Sequence record: SRR33789315_61
DNA length: 64,000 nucleotides
Reading direction: 5' to 3' (one strand)
Below are positions 48,696 to 58,178 of the stretch, piece after piece. Below the pieces are notes generated by a model that was given only the letters and a program-made list of their open reading frames with translations, was not told where the DNA came from and ran no database searches. Every line of letters starts with the position of its first letter. Position 1 is the first letter of the stretch. The translations under genes were made by a program, and so were the position numbers.

Positions 48696-50119
48696 TATCG
48701 AGCAACTACTAGCGTATCTAGCTCATACTTTACTTTCAACCATTTTGCCAGTTTTTCCTCTTGTAAAATTCTCGTTTCTTGTGGAATACTATCAAACCAA
48801 GCAATCCTAAATGTAGGAATGGTGTCTGCGGTTTTAAAATCTGTAATTACCGTACTGGAGTAAGCAAATTTTTGAATACCTTCATAATTGATCTGTACTT
48901 CCTTACTTAAATTCGTAAAAGGAATAGCATTAGTCCGCATACGAGTTATCTCATCTTCCAACAATTGAATACGGCTATTTTTATCTGCAAGTACTTCTTG
49001 ATTGTTCATATATAGATCTTCTAAAATACCACTTTTCACTTGGCTCGTGAGCTGCTCTGTGATTTGAGAAGATTGATCTGCTCCCTGATGAATCCTTAAA
49101 TCAACATCAGCCAATTCTTCTGACTCTTTCATAGAGTTTAGCCATTCATTAATTTTTTTTCGGGGAACTAGTGACCCTATCAAGTATACGTCAATACGCT
49201 TGTTTTTATAATTCTGAGAAAATTTCACCACCTCTGCCCCTTCATAGCGTATTACTGAGTTTACAAACTTTTCAGTATCATCTTCAAATAATTGCTGCTT
49301 AAGGAGGTTCCAAAAGAGATAGACGCTAGGTATAATAACTATTATAGCTACCAGAGAAGCTATTTGAGCTGTTCTTTTTCTTCGTTTAGAATTAGCATAT
49401 TTCACTAATGGAAAACCTAATAACTTAGAAACAACAAATGTGGATAAAGCAATAAATACTGCATTAATAGAAAAAAGGTAGATAGCACCTCCAGCAAATG
49501 ATAAATTACCTATTGCTAAACCATATCCTACAGTGCATAAGGGAGGCATTAAGGCCGTCGCAATTGCAACTCCAAAAATTACACTTGCAATAGTTCCGGT
49601 TTTTGTTTTGGCAACAATCAAGGCAAGACCCCCAAAAATAGCAATAAGAACATCTAAAATGGTTGGATAAGTTCTAGCCTGTAATTCAGGCGTTAGTTTT
49701 GTTAAAGGCGAAATACTAAAATATATAAAAGCAGTCAAAACACTGAGCAAGACCATAACCAAGAGATTGATTAAAGATCGTTTTAAAGTATCCACATCAT
49801 TAATCGCAACCGAAAGTCCGATCCCCACAATAGGCCCCATCAATGGAGAGATTAACATTGCTCCAATCACAACAGCAGTACTACTTACGTTAAGACCTAT
49901 AGAAGCAATAAAAATTGAGAAAATTAAAATCCACGCCGTATGTCCTTTAAAAGGAATATCTTTCTTTACAGCCTCTATCGTAGCGTCTCTATCTGTATCG
50001 TGACGAATATCCAGTAATTGAGAAAGAAATTCCTTTACATTCTGCCATAAACCCTTGGCTTCATGGGTAAGGTCAGAATTGTCATCGTCTTTCTCTATAT
50101 TTTCCTCTAATTGACCCAT
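48692..50119 (-). CDS. DUF389 membrane protein
   Basis: SSTAVVIGAMLISPLMGP and GVAIATALMPPLC motifs. Confidence 0.88.
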   Translation of the reverse strand: MGQLEENIEKDDDNSDLTHEAKGLWQNVKEFLSQLLDIRHDTDRDATIEAVKKDIPFKGHTAWILIFSIFIASIGLNVSSTAVVIGAMLISPLMGPIVGIGLSVAINDVDTLKRSLINLLVMVLLSVLTAFIYFSISPLTKLTPELQARTYPTILDVLIAIFGGLALIVAKTKTGTIASVIFGVAIATALMPPLCTVGYGLAIGNLSFAGGAIYLFSINAVFIALSTFVVSKLLGFPLVKYANSKRRKRTAQIASLVAIIVIIPSVYLFWNLLKQQLFEDDTEKFVNSVIRYEGAEVVKFSQNYKNKRIDVYLIGSLVPRKKINEWLNSMKESEELADVDLRIHQGADQSSQITEQLTSQVKSGILEDLYMNNQEVLADKNSRIQLLEDEITRMRTNAIPFTNLSKEVQINYEGIQKFAYSSTVITDFKTADTIPTFRIAWFDSIPQETRILQEEKLAKWLKVKYELDTLVVARY

Positions 50120-50122
50120 TGA

Positions 50123-51217
50123 CTAGCCTAAATGATCCCCGTATGTTTCTTTAACTAAATTTCTGATTTTTTTGACCTCTTGTTCTTTACTTATAGGCAA
50201 AATCATGAGAACCTCATCATTATCTACAATCACATAATCTTTAATACCATCGAGTACAACTATCTTGTTCCCTTTAGTTCTAATTAGATTTCCTTCAGAT
50301 TCAGAAGCAACAACTCTTGCATTTATCACAACATTATTATCTTCATTCTTATCAAGCTTTTCATATAGTGCTGCCCAAGCTCCTAAATCACTCCAGTCAA
50401 AACTAGCGGGAATTACGCCCACATTCTTGCCTTTTTCCATGATGCCATAATCTATACTAATATCCTCAACCTTAGGATAATTAGCATCTACAAATTCCTG
50501 CTCACTTGATGTGTTATAATTATCATAACCAGCATATAATAGATCATACATTTCTGGAAGATGCTTCTGGAAAGCTTCAACTATAGCTGCTATGCTCCAA
50601 ATAAAAATACCCGCATTCCAAGCAAAATTCCCTTGTGCTAAAAAGCCTTTAGCTGTTTCATAGTTAGGTTTTTCTCTAAATGCAAGTACATTTTTAAGCT
50701 TAGCTTCACTTTCATCAAATTGAATATAACCATAACCTGTATGGGGAAACGTAGGCTGTATGCCTAAGGTAACCAACAATTTCTCTTCTCCTTCTGCAAC
50801 TGGCGCTAAAGAGGCTTTAAAAGCCAAGTCTAAATCCTGACTAAAAGCTACCTCATCTTCAATCCAGTGATCACTAGGTGCAACAATCATAGTTGCGTCT
50901 GGATTCTCCTTTTGTATTTTTAATGCTGCCATTAAAATACAAGGAGCCGTATTACGCATTGCAGGTTCTAAGACGATATTATCGTCCTTGATCATAGGCA
51001 ATTGCTCATTTACTAAATCTTTATATCTGGCATTAGTAAGAATAAGAATATTCTCAGCAGGAACTAATTTTGCAATACGTTTAAATGTTTTTTGAATTAA
51101 GGTATCACCAGCCCCTAAAATATCATGAAATTGTTTAGGAAGATCTGTTTTACTTAAAGGCCAAAATCGAGATCCCACGCCTCCAGCCATAATTACTGCA
51201 TAATAATTGTTGTTCAT
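50123..51217 (-). CDS. manC: Mannose-1-phosphate guanylyltransferase
   Basis: IMAGGVGSRFWP.S...PKQF, EP..RNTAP, PSDH, GYGYI, SIDYGIME, WSDLGAW. Confidence 0.9.
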   Translation of the reverse strand: MNNNYYAVIMAGGVGSRFWPLSKTDLPKQFHDILGAGDTLIQKTFKRIAKLVPAENILILTNARYKDLVNEQLPMIKDDNIVLEPAMRNTAPCILMAALKIQKENPDATMIVAPSDHWIEDEVAFSQDLDLAFKASLAPVAEGEEKLLVTLGIQPTFPHTGYGYIQFDESEAKLKNVLAFREKPNYETAKGFLAQGNFAWNAGIFIWSIAAIVEAFQKHLPEMYDLLYAGYDNYNTSSEQEFVDANYPKVEDISIDYGIMEKGKNVGVIPASFDWSDLGAWAALYEKLDKNEDNNVVINARVVASESEGNLIRTKGNKIVVLDGIKDYVIVDNDEVLMILPISKEQEVKKIRNLVKETYGDHLG

Positions 51218-51220
51218 TGT

Positions 51221-51820
51221 TTATTCTTTAATAAGGGTTACTTCTGCATTGGGTTGAAACAAATATATTCTTCCGGTTTTAGCCTCTATACACTCGTAAC
51301 GCTTGACGCGACGTTTTCCCATTCTAAAAATTTTGCCGTTATAGAGTTTAAATAAACTGCCTGCTTGCAATTCAAATATATAGTTTTTATCATTGACTGG
51401 GTCAAATTGTTTTAATGCTAACGAAAGCTTAGCATCAGTATCACTACTAGCTCGAGGGTTTTTGAAATGTTGGGCTAAAAGAGGTAATAAAGCAACTGGG
51501 AATACCTCTGGTCGAATCATAGGCAACATAAGGTGCTGAAAGGTCCTTTTCCATTCTAAACCGTGCGGTTTTATTTGACGTCCATACTTCTTTATAGCTA
51601 CCAAATGAGCTATTTCGTGAATTAAAGTTATTAAAAACCTGTATTTATTGAGATTCGCGTTTACGGTAATCTGATGTCCTCCATCAGCTAATGGCCTGTA
51701 ATCTCCATGCCGCGTAACACGTTCATTTACAATTTTAAGATGTACTTGAAATACCTTTATCAATTCAAAAACAGGATCAACTGCTTGCTGTGGAAGATAT
51801 CGCATTAGGGTCTCACGCAT
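51221..51820 (-). CDS. SprT-like zinc metalloprotease domain protein
   Basis: TLIHEIAH and PHG.EWK motifs. Confidence 0.85.
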   Translation of the reverse strand: MRETLMRYLPQQAVDPVFELIKVFQVHLKIVNERVTRHGDYRPLADGGHQITVNANLNKYRFLITLIHEIAHLVAIKKYGRQIKPHGLEWKRTFQHLMLPMIRPEVFPVALLPLLAQHFKNPRASSDTDAKLSLALKQFDPVNDKNYIFELQAGSLFKLYNGKIFRMGKRRVKRYECIEAKTGRIYLFQPNAEVTLIKE

Positions 51821-51822
51821 AA

Positions 51823-52512
51823 TTAAGGTGTACTTGAGGATACCTGTAATATTTTACCATTATAATAAGTATTTCCTGTCAAAGCAAAATCATAAATATA
51901 ATTTGCCATTTGCGCTGATGTAAGTGGTGCTTGATAGCCTGGAAATGCCTCTGCCAACATCTCTGTTTGCACAGCTCCTAAGGCAAGCGCATTAAAAGCA
52001 ATTCCTTGCTCCTTATATTCTTCGGCAAGTAACTCAGACATCGTAATCACGGCTCCTTTACTGGAACTATAGGCTGCTAACCCAGGAAATTTTAAACTTC
52101 CTTGAATACCACCCATACTGCTTACCGTTACTACATGTGAACCTTTTATTAAAAAGGGTAAGGTGGTTTGTATCAAGCGTGCTACCCCAAAAACGTTAAC
52201 ATTATATACCTGCTGAAAATCTTCCATACTAAGATCTATAAAAGGTTTATTCACGAGGTTTCCTGCATTATTTATCAGAACATCTATGCTATCCCATTCA
52301 GCCATCAAAAAATCTTTCACCTTATCAAAAGAGGATTCCCATGAAATATCAAATGAAAATGCGGTGACATTTTCATAATTTAAGCCTGTCACTATTTCGC
52401 TATTTCGTGAAAGTGCGAGTACTTGATGCCCTTGTTCTGCAAACCGTTTAACTAATTCTAGTCCAATACCACGGCTAGTTCCGGTGATTATTACACGTTT
52501 AATTTTAGTCAT
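51823..52512 (-). CDS. Short-chain dehydrogenase/reductase
   Basis: TGTSRGIG, NNAG, YSSSK catalytic motif. Confidence 0.92.
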   Translation of the reverse strand: MTKIKRVIITGTSRGIGLELVKRFAEQGHQVLALSRNSEIVTGLNYENVTAFSFDISWESSFDKVKDFLMAEWDSIDVLINNAGNLVNKPFIDLSMEDFQQVYNVNVFGVARLIQTTLPFLIKGSHVVTVSSMGGIQGSLKFPGLAAYSSSKGAVITMSELLAEEYKEQGIAFNALALGAVQTEMLAEAFPGYQAPLTSAQMANYIYDFALTGNTYYNGKILQVSSSTP

Positions 52513-53548
52513 AGAATACTACTTCCTTTTCTGGTGTTAAAGCCATTTGCTTAATCCCAGGAATAATTTTATTGATTACATATGCCATATGTTCCATATC
52601 CATATTTTCTACTTCATCATCTACATGATGATAATACTCATAATTTGTAAAATCAAAGGTTGAAATAGTCTGCGAAGGCACTCCAAATTCTGTATAAAAG
52701 GAATAATTATCACTACGTTTAAAGAGATTATATTCTTTGGCTTGCGGTAAAAATCCCATAATATTTTCTTGACTATAGGTGTTGAATTTTTCGGCCATAT
52801 TGCTCAATTCATAACCCGTCAAATAAACTAAATAATCTTTATTGACCATAGGCACTCCTATCATTTCAATATTAAAGACCGAATATAAATTTAGGTTTTG
52901 TGTCTTTAATTTTTGTGCCAAATGTTTAGACCCTAAAAGCCCCATTTCTTCTGCAGAAAAAAGTGCGAAAATTATACTTCTCCCGTTTGATTTTTCTTTC
53001 GCGAAATATTTAGCGAGTTCAATTACTGCTGTAGTTCCCGAAGCATCGTCATTAGCGCCGTTGGCTAAAGTATCTCCATTTACCTCTTCTGTAGAACCTA
53101 TATGATCATAATGCGCTCCTATTAGAATATACTCATCTTTTAAATTGGGGTCATTCCCTTCAACCCAGCCCACAATATTATAAGCTTGCTCTGTTTTTGC
53201 TAAAAATTCATCTTTATAATCCTCAAAAAACGGAAGAATTCCTGCTTCTTTAAACTGATTGGTTATATATTTTGCAGCTTTTTCAATACCTATTGTACCG
53301 GTCTTTCTTCCTTCAAGTTCATCTGAAGCTAAATAAGACAAATGAGCCTTGACGGTTGCTGCATCTGTCCATTTTTCTAATTGCTTTACCGCCAATCCTT
53401 TTGGAGTTATAGATTCTACTGCTGGTGTGGAGGAGGCAACCTCTTCTTCTAATTTATTGTTAGATACATTTTCTGATGAAACGGTTTTTATTTCACTTGA
53501 ACCGCATCCCAAAAAAACTAATCCCGCTAAAAAGTAAATTATTCTCAT
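52505..53548 (-). CDS. M28 family peptidase (lipoprotein)
   Basis: Lipobox FLGC, GAHYDH, GANDDASG, AEEMGL.GS, RSDN, YHH..D. Start moved to the ATG at 53548. Confidence 0.9.
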   Translation of the reverse strand: MRIIYFLAGLVFLGCGSSEIKTVSSENVSNNKLEEEVASSTPAVESITPKGLAVKQLEKWTDAATVKAHLSYLASDELEGRKTGTIGIEKAAKYITNQFKEAGILPFFEDYKDEFLAKTEQAYNIVGWVEGNDPNLKDEYILIGAHYDHIGSTEEVNGDTLANGANDDASGTTAVIELAKYFAKEKSNGRSIIFALFSAEEMGLLGSKHLAQKLKTQNLNLYSVFNIEMIGVPMVNKDYLVYLTGYELSNMAEKFNTYSQENIMGFLPQAKEYNLFKRSDNYSFYTEFGVPSQTISTFDFTNYEYYHHVDDEVENMDMEHMAYVINKIIPGIKQMALTPEKEVVFYD

Positions 53549-53561
53549 AGGTTCTAAAGAT

Positions 53562-53591
53562 AAAAAAACCCATCTTGACAAGATGGGTTTT
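53562..53591 (-). terminator. Rho-independent terminator after pdhC
   Basis: AAAACCCATCTTG-A-CAAGATGGGTTTT inverted repeat with a U tract on the minus strand. Confidence 0.85.
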
Positions 53592-53617
53592 ACGTTATGA
53601 AATTGTTTCTAATTTAT

Positions 53618-55294
53618 TTAAGCCAGCATTAAAACTGGATTTTCTATGTATTCTTTAAGCGTCAATAAAAACTCTGATCCTGTAGCACCATCGACGGTAC
53701 GGTGATCACAAGCCATAGATAGGTTCATTGTATGACCTACAACGATTTGCCCATTTTTAACGACTGGTTTTTCAATGATAGCTCCAACAGAGAGAATACA
53801 AGAATTAGGCTGATTAATAATAGATGTGAAATGTTTAATTCCAAACATTCCTAAGTTTGAAATGGTAAACGTACTTCCGTCCATCTCATCAGGTTTTAAC
53901 TTCTTGTTTCTTGCCTTTCCTGCTAAATCTTTAACCTCTGCGTTGATTTGCTGCAGGGATTTTTCGTTAGCAAATTTTACTACAGGAACAACTAATCCGT
54001 CAGGAACTGCTACAGCAACACCCATATGCACGTGATGATTTAATTGCATTCTATCATCATACCACTGTGAATTTACCTGAGCATGTTTCTTCAAGGCTAA
54101 TGCGGTTGCCTTAACTACGATATCATTGTAAGAAATCTTAGTTTCTGGAAGTTTATTGAATTGTGCACGGAAAGCCATTGCGGGTTCCATATCAAATTCA
54201 ACATTAAGATAATAATGTGGTGCTGTAAATTTAGACTGACCTAATCGCTTAGCAATCGTCTTACGCATTTGGGAATGTTTTATATCCTCGCTGCTCTCCT
54301 CACCTGTTGCCACAAAAGCTTGTATAGCACTACCACCAGCACTAGGTTGATAGTTCTCAATATCTTTACGTATAATTCTACCGTGATCTCCAGATCCTTG
54401 TACTTGATTCAAGGATATTCCTTTTTCTTCGGCTAATTTTTTAGCTAAAGGCGAAGCAAATATTCTTCCATCTGTAGAAACTTCCTTATCAACTGAAGAT
54501 TTTTCAACCTTAGCAACTTGCTTTACCTCTTTTTTAACCGGTTCTGGTTTTGATTCGGTCTTTTTTTCTTCTTTTGGCGGTGCTGGCTTTTCAGTTTTAG
54601 GTTTATCGCTAGATGCACCCGACACAATTCCTGAAACATCTGTACCCTCTGGACCAATAATGGCTAGTAAAACATCAACCTTTGCTGTTTCACCTTCTTG
54701 AATACCAATATAAAGAAGGGTTCCAGTATAGAACGACTCAAACTCCATAGTGGCTTTATCTGTCTCTATCTCTGCTAAAATCTCACCTTCTTCTACCTTA
54801 TCTCCTACTTTTTTAAGCCAAGTAGCGACGGTTCCTTCTTCCATGGTGTCACTAAGACGAGGCATATTAACCACCTCAACACCTTCAGGTATTTCTGCTG
54901 ATGCTGTATCCTCTTCTGAATCTTCGGATTCTTCTTTCTCTTCAGAAGTGTCTTCCTTTGTTTCTTCTTCCTCTTCTTCCTCTTCTTCGTCTTCTGTCTC
55001 AGAAGTTTCCTCTTCTGATGATGATTTACCATCTATAAGACTTGAAATATCTTCTCCTTCATCACCAATGATCGCAAGCAATTGATCTACGGGAGCGGAT
55101 TCACCTTCTTGAATACCTATATATAATAGCGTACCATCATAAAAAGATTCAAATTCCATGGTAGCTTTATCAGTCTCAATTTCTGCTAAGATATCCCCTT
55201 CAGCAACGGTATCACCTACTTTTTTAAGCCAAGTGGCAACAGTTCCTTCTTCCATTGTATCACTAAGACGGGGCATATTAATTACTTCTGCCAT
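53618..55294 (-). CDS. pdhC: Pyruvate dehydrogenase E2 (two lipoyl domains)
   Basis: Two MPRLSDTMEEG...ETDKATME lipoyl domains, E3-binding ASPLAKK, catalytic DHRTVDG. Confidence 0.96.
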   Translation of the reverse strand: MAEVINMPRLSDTMEEGTVATWLKKVGDTVAEGDILAEIETDKATMEFESFYDGTLLYIGIQEGESAPVDQLLAIIGDEGEDISSLIDGKSSSEEETSETEDEEEEEEEEETKEDTSEEKEESEDSEEDTASAEIPEGVEVVNMPRLSDTMEEGTVATWLKKVGDKVEEGEILAEIETDKATMEFESFYTGTLLYIGIQEGETAKVDVLLAIIGPEGTDVSGIVSGASSDKPKTEKPAPPKEEKKTESKPEPVKKEVKQVAKVEKSSVDKEVSTDGRIFASPLAKKLAEEKGISLNQVQGSGDHGRIIRKDIENYQPSAGGSAIQAFVATGEESSEDIKHSQMRKTIAKRLGQSKFTAPHYYLNVEFDMEPAMAFRAQFNKLPETKISYNDIVVKATALALKKHAQVNSQWYDDRMQLNHHVHMGVAVAVPDGLVVPVVKFANEKSLQQINAEVKDLAGKARNKKLKPDEMDGSTFTISNLGMFGIKHFTSIINQPNSCILSVGAIIEKPVVKNGQIVVGHTMNLSMACDHRTVDGATGSEFLLTLKEYIENPVLMLA

Positions 55295-55296
55295 AA

Positions 55297-56298
55297 TTAT
55301 TCTGGTTTGTGGGATATAAATGGATAATCTTCTTGCTCATAGACAACGTCATACATAAGACTCTTGTCTGGAAATTCACTTTCTTCTGCAAATTTCTCGC
55401 ATTCTGCAACACGCTCTTTTACGCGCTTATCAATAGCTTTAAGATCATCTTCTGTAGCATATTTCTTTTCTAGAATCGCATCTTTTACCTGGATAATAGG
55501 ATCGATTTTTTGATATTCTGCTACCTCATCTTTTGTTCTATACTTTTGAGCATCACTCATAGAATGACCTCTATAACGATACGTTTTAAGTTCTAAAAAT
55601 GTTGGTCCATCACCTCTTCTTGCTCGTGCAATAGCTTCGTCAAAAGCTTCGGCTACAGAGATCGGATTCATAGCATCTACTGGTCCGCAAGGCATTTCAT
55701 ACCCTAAACCAAGTTTATAAATGTCTTCATGACTAGCTGAACGTTTTACCGAAGTTCCCATAGCATATCCGTTATTTTCTACACAGAAAACAACAGGTAA
55801 TTTCCATAGAGCCGCTAGGTTAAAAGATTCATGAAGTGAGCCTTGACGCGCTGCTCCATCACCAAAGAAACATAAAGTAACATTATCTCTTTTAAAATAT
55901 TTATCTGCAAATGCAAGTCCGGCTCCTAATGGAATTTGACCTCCAACAATACCGTGACCTCCATAAAAGCGTTTTTCTTTAGAAAAAATATGCATCGAGC
56001 CACCTAAACCACTAGAAGTTCCCGTTTTCTTACCATACAACTCTGCCATAACCCGTCTTGGATCTACACCCATACCTATAGGTTGCACGTGGTTACGATA
56101 AGCGGTTATCATACGGTCTTTATCAGGATCCATGGCGTGTAATGCTCCTGCTAGAACAGCCTCTTGACCATTATATAAATGCAGAAAACCTCTTACTTTT
56201 TGTTGGATATAAACCTGAGCCAGTTTGTCCTCAAATTTGCGCCAGAAAGACATTTCTTCGTACCAATTGAGGTAAACTTCTTTTGTGACTTTTTTCAT
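55297..56298 (-). CDS. pdhA: Pyruvate dehydrogenase E1 alpha
   Basis: GFLHLYNGQEA, GGSMH, TPP motif GDGA...ENN, YRYRGHSMSD. Confidence 0.96.
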   Translation of the reverse strand: MKKVTKEVYLNWYEEMSFWRKFEDKLAQVYIQQKVRGFLHLYNGQEAVLAGALHAMDPDKDRMITAYRNHVQPIGMGVDPRRVMAELYGKKTGTSSGLGGSMHIFSKEKRFYGGHGIVGGQIPLGAGLAFADKYFKRDNVTLCFFGDGAARQGSLHESFNLAALWKLPVVFCVENNGYAMGTSVKRSASHEDIYKLGLGYEMPCGPVDAMNPISVAEAFDEAIARARRGDGPTFLELKTYRYRGHSMSDAQKYRTKDEVAEYQKIDPIIQVKDAILEKKYATEDDLKAIDKRVKERVAECEKFAEESEFPDKSLMYDVVYEQEDYPFISHKPE

Positions 56299-56464
56299 TA
56301 ATTCTTTGGTTTAGCTAAAGGCTTATAGAGCCTAAAATTAGCGAAAAACAAAAATAGTGTATTCCGTAAGAATGGTAAAAACCTTTGAATAAAAATTCGA
56401 GATTAATTTAAGCTTCTTATATAGCTCTTAAACGAAAGCCTTCAAGGGTATAACAAATTGAGGA

Positions 56465-56947
56465 TTATAGATATTCATCTGTAAAGAGAAGCGGAAGCAA
56501 GTTTTCTAAAGAATCACTTTTAACTATTTTACCTACTGCTCCCATAAAATAAATAGCAATAGGGCTTTTTTGTTTGACTTCATATTCTGCAATCGCCTGT
56601 CTACAAGCACCACAAGGTGGGATTGGCGTATCTGTCTGTCTTGCTTTAGAGGTCGCAGTTATCGCCATTACATTCATAACCACATTAGGAAATCGTGATC
56701 CTGCATAATAAATTGCTGTGCGCTCCGCACATAATCCTGAAGGATAACACGCATTTTCTTGATTACTTCCAGTAACTACTTCGCCATTTTCTAATTGAAT
56801 AGCTGCGCCTACAGAAAATGATGAATAGGGTGCATATGCCTTATCTCTAGCTTCAAATGCCTTTTGAAACAAAGACTGAACAGTTTCTGGAAGATCACTT
56901 AATTCCTCATAAACCTCCAGATGGGTTTCAATCTTAATTTTTTTCAT
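56465..56947 (-). CDS. cdd: Cytidine deaminase
   Basis: AYAPYS.F.VGAA, CAER, PCGACRQ. Confidence 0.95.
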   Translation of the reverse strand: MKKIKIETHLEVYEELSDLPETVQSLFQKAFEARDKAYAPYSSFSVGAAIQLENGEVVTGSNQENACYPSGLCAERTAIYYAGSRFPNVVMNVMAITATSKARQTDTPIPPCGACRQAIAEYEVKQKSPIAIYFMGAVGKIVKSDSLENLLPLLFTDEYL

Positions 56948-56951
56948 AGGC

Positions 56952-58139
56952 TTAAAATTCTACAAACTCCTCACCAAAGTTAAAGGTAAGACCAAATCTC
57001 AATGTGTTTTCTAATGGGTTTTGAACTGTTGATGTAGAGAAAAGATAAGAAATATCAATATCTATAGACGAAAACTCAAAACCTACGCCTAAAGTAGCAA
57101 ATTTTCTACTTCCCTTATCATCGCTCTCATTAAAGTAACCTGTACGTAAAGCAAAAACATCATTATAAACGTATTCTGCCCCTAAAGACCAAGTAACTTC
57201 TTTTATTTCTTCTGAAATCCCGTCAGGAGCATCTCCAAAAGATTTAAACATCCCACTTATAAAGCTAATATTTTGATATTCTTGGCGATCTTCTTCATCA
57301 TACTCACCGTTGCCGTTGAAATCTTGAGGAGTGGGAACCAGCAATTTATTAAATTCTAATCCCAGAGAAACTCTATTGTATAAGTCTAAAATAAAATCGT
57401 GACTTGCTCCTAACCTTAAGTTTGTCGGCAAGAAATTTTCTTGACCTGATTCATCATACTTAAATTTAGGGCCAATGTTAGAAATATTAAATCCAGCTCT
57501 CCATCGACCATCAAAAGTACGGTAAGGTATTTCTTCTGACTGGAAAAAACCAGCGACATCTACCCCAAAAGTATTTGCAGCAGAAGCATCTTCATCACCT
57601 ACTTGCAATTTCAGGTCACTACGCAAATAACGCCCGGCCACAGCCATTGCAAAATGATCACTCAATCTTAAACCATAAGAAGCATCAACAGACAACTGAC
57701 TTGGATTAAGTATTAATGGATTATTAAGCTCTGCCTCTGAAGGATTTGAACTTAAGATAGATTCTATTTCGCCCAGTTTAAAATAACGCAAACTTGCCCC
57801 AAATGAATGGCGGTCATCTATTCTATTATAGTAGGTCACCTGACCCAAAAAGATATCATCTACCAGCTTACTTAGATACGGTGTGTAGTTAATACCAATA
57901 CCTTGCTTGACTTCACTAAAAGTATATTTTGCAGGATTCCATTGTTGTGAGTAGGCATCTGCGCTTGTTGCTACACCTTGATCTCCAAGTCCAGCGGCAC
58001 GTGCATCTGCAGCAATTAATACGAAGGGAACCCCAGTGGTAATCACCCGATCACTGGCATCTTGGGCAAAAGATTTTGTATCGTTGAATAATGAAAGGCC
58101 TAAGGCGATACCTAAAACAACGGGTATGTGATTTTTCAT
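56952..58139 (-). CDS. porV: T9SS outer-membrane shuttle PorV
   Basis: ITTGVPF..IA.DARA.GLGDQGVATS.D, WNPAKY, NPLENTLRF; directly downstream of porU. Confidence 0.92.
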   Translation of the reverse strand: MKNHIPVVLGIALGLSLFNDTKSFAQDASDRVITTGVPFVLIAADARAAGLGDQGVATSADAYSQQWNPAKYTFSEVKQGIGINYTPYLSKLVDDIFLGQVTYYNRIDDRHSFGASLRYFKLGEIESILSSNPSEAELNNPLILNPSQLSVDASYGLRLSDHFAMAVAGRYLRSDLKLQVGDEDASAANTFGVDVAGFFQSEEIPYRTFDGRWRAGFNISNIGPKFKYDESGQENFLPTNLRLGASHDFILDLYNRVSLGLEFNKLLVPTPQDFNGNGEYDEEDRQEYQNISFISGMFKSFGDAPDGISEEIKEVTWSLGAEYVYNDVFALRTGYFNESDDKGSRKFATLGVGFEFSSIDIDISYLFSTSTVQNPLENTLRFGLTFNFGEEFVEF

Positions 58140-58159
58140 AATTTATGGTAGTATTGTAG

Positions 58160-58167
58160 CAAATATA
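58160..58167 (-). promoter_or_regulatory. -7 element upstream of porV
   Basis: TATATTTG on the minus strand, 20 nt before the ATG. Confidence 0.55.
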
Positions 58168-58178
58168 AATGTTACGGG

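Noticed and set aside
54810-55290. Internal DNA repeat and Glu-rich low-complexity tract in pdhC
   Set aside because: Explained by the two lipoyl domains and their acidic linker, which is normal for E2.
53618-56298. No pdhB between pdhA and pdhC
   Set aside because: A separately located E1-beta gene is common in Flavobacteriaceae, and there is no sign of a deletion here.
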